A stretch of DNA of 63,809 nt, filler included, from Octopus bimaculoides (Eukaryota), in NCBI RefSeq assembly GCF_001194135.2. It is 6 parts of 5 records of this genome, joined end to end, with 100 filler letters (N's around TTAATTAATTAA, not from the genome) between each part and the next. Parts side by side here need not be neighbours in the genome. Positions count along the whole stretch, not along the records: positions 62,773 to 63,809 come from NW_026329669.1; 5 more parts are not named here. One strand, given 5' to 3'. Position 1 is the stretch's first letter; every line of letters starts with the position of its first letter. Made by a program: the position numbers and the translations under genes. This document shows positions 62,996-63,809 of the stretch, one piece after another. Below the pieces are notes generated by a model. That model searched no databases. It saw only the letters and a program-made list of their open reading frames with translations, and was not told the origin of the DNA.

Positions 62996-63587
62996 CTCTC
63001 TCACTCTCTCAAACGCATACACGTGCAAGTAAACACAATCATTCAGTTCGTCAACGTGGCATAACTACAGAGTTGTACCCCCCAATTTTGGAAGGTCATA
63101 ACTTTCATAAAAATGAATATTTTTTAATGAAATTTTCTATGCATATATTATCTATTATGTAGATTCCTAATATGCAAACATTTTCGGTGAAAGTGTTTTG
63201 GGAGGGGGTGGGGGACAATTTTCGGAAATTCCACTTAAATTCCTCTTAACTTCCAGGAAAATGAATATTGTTTCGTGAACTTTTCTACAAATATAACATG
63301 ATGTATTTACATTTCAAGCATGTAGGAATTTTGAAGGAAATAACTGCAGGTTATTTTTGAGAAGTGTTCCCCACTCGGTGGTGTTTCGAAGCAAGTCGTC
63401 CATATTTGTTTCAATTTTCTCTATTATGTGCTTATGTGCATCCTTAGATTTCTAATGAAGTAATAGGCAGTGAAGAGAAGCCGTCATAAGAAAACTTTTA
63501 ACTACCTCTATTCCTTTCTCCCTCTCTCTCTATCTCTTCTCTCACTCTCTCAAACACATACACGTGCAAGTACACAATCATTCAGTA
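62996..63587. repeat. ~50-bp direct repeats (62996-63047, 63538-63587) flanking an AT-rich MITE-like block
   Basis: CTCTCACTCTCTCAAAC(G/A)CATACACGTGCAAGTA..CACAATCATTCAGT occurs twice. Confidence 0.75.
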
Positions 63588-63636
63588 ACATATAACTCAT
63601 GTTTGTCAATGTTTTGTAAATATACCACGATTTTCA

Positions 63637-63809
63637 CTAGGGTGTTAGGGTTAGGGTTTTAGGGTCATGGTTAGGATTTAGGGTTACGGTTATGGTTAGG
63701 ATTAGTGTTACTGTTACGGTTTTAGTGTCAGTTTTAGGGTTAGGGTTTTAGGGTCATGATTAGGATTTAGGGTTACGGTTATGGTTAGGATTAGTGTTAC
63801 TGTTACGGT
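63637..63809 (+). repeat. Degenerate telomere-like (TTAGGG) array with an 89-bp higher-order unit
   Basis: TTAGGGTTAGGGTTTTAGGGTCATG... at 63645 repeats at 63734. Confidence 0.85.

Overview
AT-rich, repeat-dominated metazoan genomic DNA, most likely cephalopod (Octopus-like); this is inferred from the divergent 18S fragment and the SINE/LINE repertoire. The window is not contiguous. Five identical 100-bp spacers (44 N + TTAATTAATTAA + 44 N) join six unrelated scaffolds: 1-13104, 13205-21943, 22044-39769, 39870-60254, 60355-62672 and 62773-63809. Most long ORFs in the track are artefacts of N gaps and microsatellites. Supported content: an 18S rDNA fragment; many tRNA-derived SINEs with shared, swappable modules; decayed non-LTR retrotransposons (RTE, L1/Tx1, HERO-like RLE, Dong/R4-like); two Penelope-like elements; Gypsy-like gag/protease remnants; mariner/Tc1, hAT and Helitron-like remnants; a CpG-rich tetramer satellite; and a degenerate TTAGGG array. 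No known host gene is recognisable. The best novelty candidate is a hand-predicted minus-strand gene built largely of micro-exons (29012-30762) that splices into an uninterrupted ~128-aa ORF. A second candidate gene 3' end lies at 40418-40677. Both are unvalidated.
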